From Marsupella aquatica (taxonomy: Eukaryota > Plantae > Marchantiophyta): a stretch of DNA of 64,000 nucleotides. The DNA lies in contig OZ316895.1 in NCBI GenBank assembly GCA_973895155.1, positions 8,358,184-8,422,183 of the forward strand. Reading direction: 5' to 3'. Positions 62,001 to 64,000 of this stretch are shown here, piece after piece (position 1 is the first letter of the stretch; each line of letters opens with the position of its first letter). The notes under the pieces were generated by a model, which saw only the letters and a program-made list of their open reading frames with translations, was not told the DNA's origin and did not search any database. The position numbers and the translations under genes were made by a program.

Positions 62001-64000
62001 CGACCCCAATTTTTCTTCAACAAAACTTTTAAAATCTTCCGTGCAATTGAATTTGACAACCCGGGCTAACTTCTTCACGTGCGATGGGTTGGAAGAAAAG
62101 AAGTGAGGACCCCGGGCATGGCGTACATCAATTATGAGGGGGGGAGTCATGGCAATCAAGCATATCCTTGCCTCACCCGCTGCCTCAGGCCCGACATGAG
62201 GACGAAGTACCCCTGATGACCCCTTTTTGCATTCAAGGGTCCCCTTTTTGCATTGAATGGTTTGGGAAAAAGTGCAAAAGAATCCAACGGCTACTGCTCA
62301 TTCTCGCTCATAATTGTTTTTGTAAGTGGACGACAGACAAAATGAGCGAGAACCAATCGCTATTAACTGTACCTTTGAGGTACAAAACTAAACTGAGCCA
62401 GCTGGTTCTCTCATTGTAGTGTTGGTGCATTTACACCTCTCTCCTTTCCTTGCTCAATTGTAAACCCCTAGTGTATCTTTACTTTGTAGTTTTGTTCACC
62501 ATTATCTTTGCAGACCCCCACGGGAAGTGGCTTCCAGATTCTTGGATGCCAAGTGAGATCAAAATTAGTATTTTTCTGTCATAAACACTAGTGTATATCT
62601 TTGCGGCAATAAACAAACAAGACTACATGTGCTGGAGATGAGTCCAGCAAGAACGGCTAAATTCAGGAACAATGAAAAAATTGAAATTTTAAAAGTAAAA
62701 CATCAAGTAAGAAACAGTAGGGGTAACAAAGTTGGATATTCAACAATGGTGCACAACAGTCAGAAGAAAAGATGCATGCTGCTGGATTTTTAATATAGGT
62801 GCACCTTAAACCAATGGTAGTGTAAATTAGTCAATTATTCTTTTTGAGCTTTCATAATGTTGTATTGTGTTATTTGGTATGTAAGCAGACTCAATAGCAT
62901 CAAAATAATTTTTAGCCCTCATTTCGTCAACTCAAGTCCATTTGTGCTGAGATTTTATGCTATTGCCTCACTTGGGGATCTTCTTACTAACAAACTTGAA
63001 GAAGATTAGAAGAAATTAAATTTATCACTTCTCAAACCCAATTACACAAACGAGAGGTGAAATTAAAGTAAAAAATGGATCAATTGCTCAGAGAGGCATG
63101 ACTTTGTGGTAGCTCACTTTAGTAGAGTGATAGGTCTTAGGCTCAACTATTGTGGCTTACTCTTCCCTTTTTGTGGGGTTTCACAAATTTCCCCTTTAAA
63201 AAATAAATAAAAATAAAATAAAAATAAAATGGATCAACAATCCATTCCAATTTGGTTGGCCTCTAGTAATTTGCTTCCAATTGTACATGAGCATTGTACA
63301 CAACTAATTTTAATTAGAGCATAATTTGCAAAGCAAGAAAGTGAGAAAAAAGTGAAACTGAAACCAGGATGGACCACCATGTTGGACAAAGTGCTCCCAT
63401 GGACCACATTTTGGTGGTCCATAGAGATTTGGGGCCCATAACTTGATCATTATCAGTACTAAAATAATTTTTGGTTTTGACACTCCAAGGGAACCAGGGT
63501 AGAGAAGGAGGAGATATAAAAAACACAAACCCAAATATTTCATACTAATACAATTAAAATCAATGTAGTGGAATTTGTCCATCCACACTGTATGATGAAA
63601 AACTCAATCACAATAACCACAAATTTAACTATCTTTGATGGAAGTGTAGCTTAAGTACTTTCCTAGCATATCCCCAAATCTAAAATATTTGAATGTATGA
63701 ATAGCAAGTAGCAAGTTATTATAATAAAACTCAAGTGCTAGGAAATGTGGTCTATGGGAGTCTCAAAGACCAACCTTGTGGTCCATGGGGGCTTCAAACT
63801 CGGAAAAAGCTGTCCGGTGGAAATAGGACAGAGATACGCTCATAATCTGTGCCCGATGAAATCTGTGGTTTCTTGGGGCTATGGGCTGAATGGTCCCCAC
63901 AGCCATGACTTATCCGACAGGTCGAGAGCGCTCGTTCGATTAGTCTATTCGTTTGCAACCACAATTGTAGGTTGAAGAATTTGTCGGAGCTCCGTGAAGC

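Noticed and set aside
59600-64000. Short ORFs and repeat-like DNA at the window end
   Set aside because: Probably decayed repeats, but no TIR/TSD pair or protein motif could be established.

Overview
Eukaryotic land-plant nuclear DNA with spliceosomal introns and a high transposon load; a non-seed vascular plant is a guess from gene and repeat style only. Six host genes are supported: an intronless CYP94-like P450, a CDPK-family kinase lacking the EF-hand domain, an F-box protein, plastid NusG/pTAC13, SAL1/FRY1 nucleotidase and a RALF peptide precursor. Mobile DNA includes the 5' part of a Ty1/copia element, two inverted RLE-type (CRE/R2-like) non-LTR fragments, a tRNA-derived SINE, a decayed Helitron-type Rep/Pif1 element with a CACTA 3' fragment, and a full-length PIF/Harbinger element carrying a nested MITE. 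The most interesting observation lies in the AT-rich block following the Rep/helicase gene (about 27-38.6 kb). It holds a disrupted reverse-strand gene (34955-36350) whose reconstructed C-terminus has the HxD...F-x-I-P-E-Y-G...HG pattern of TET/JBP-like 2OG-Fe(II) dioxygenases. This suggests a plant rolling-circle transposon carrying its own DNA-base-modifying enzyme. All calls come from manual motif reading; no searches were run.
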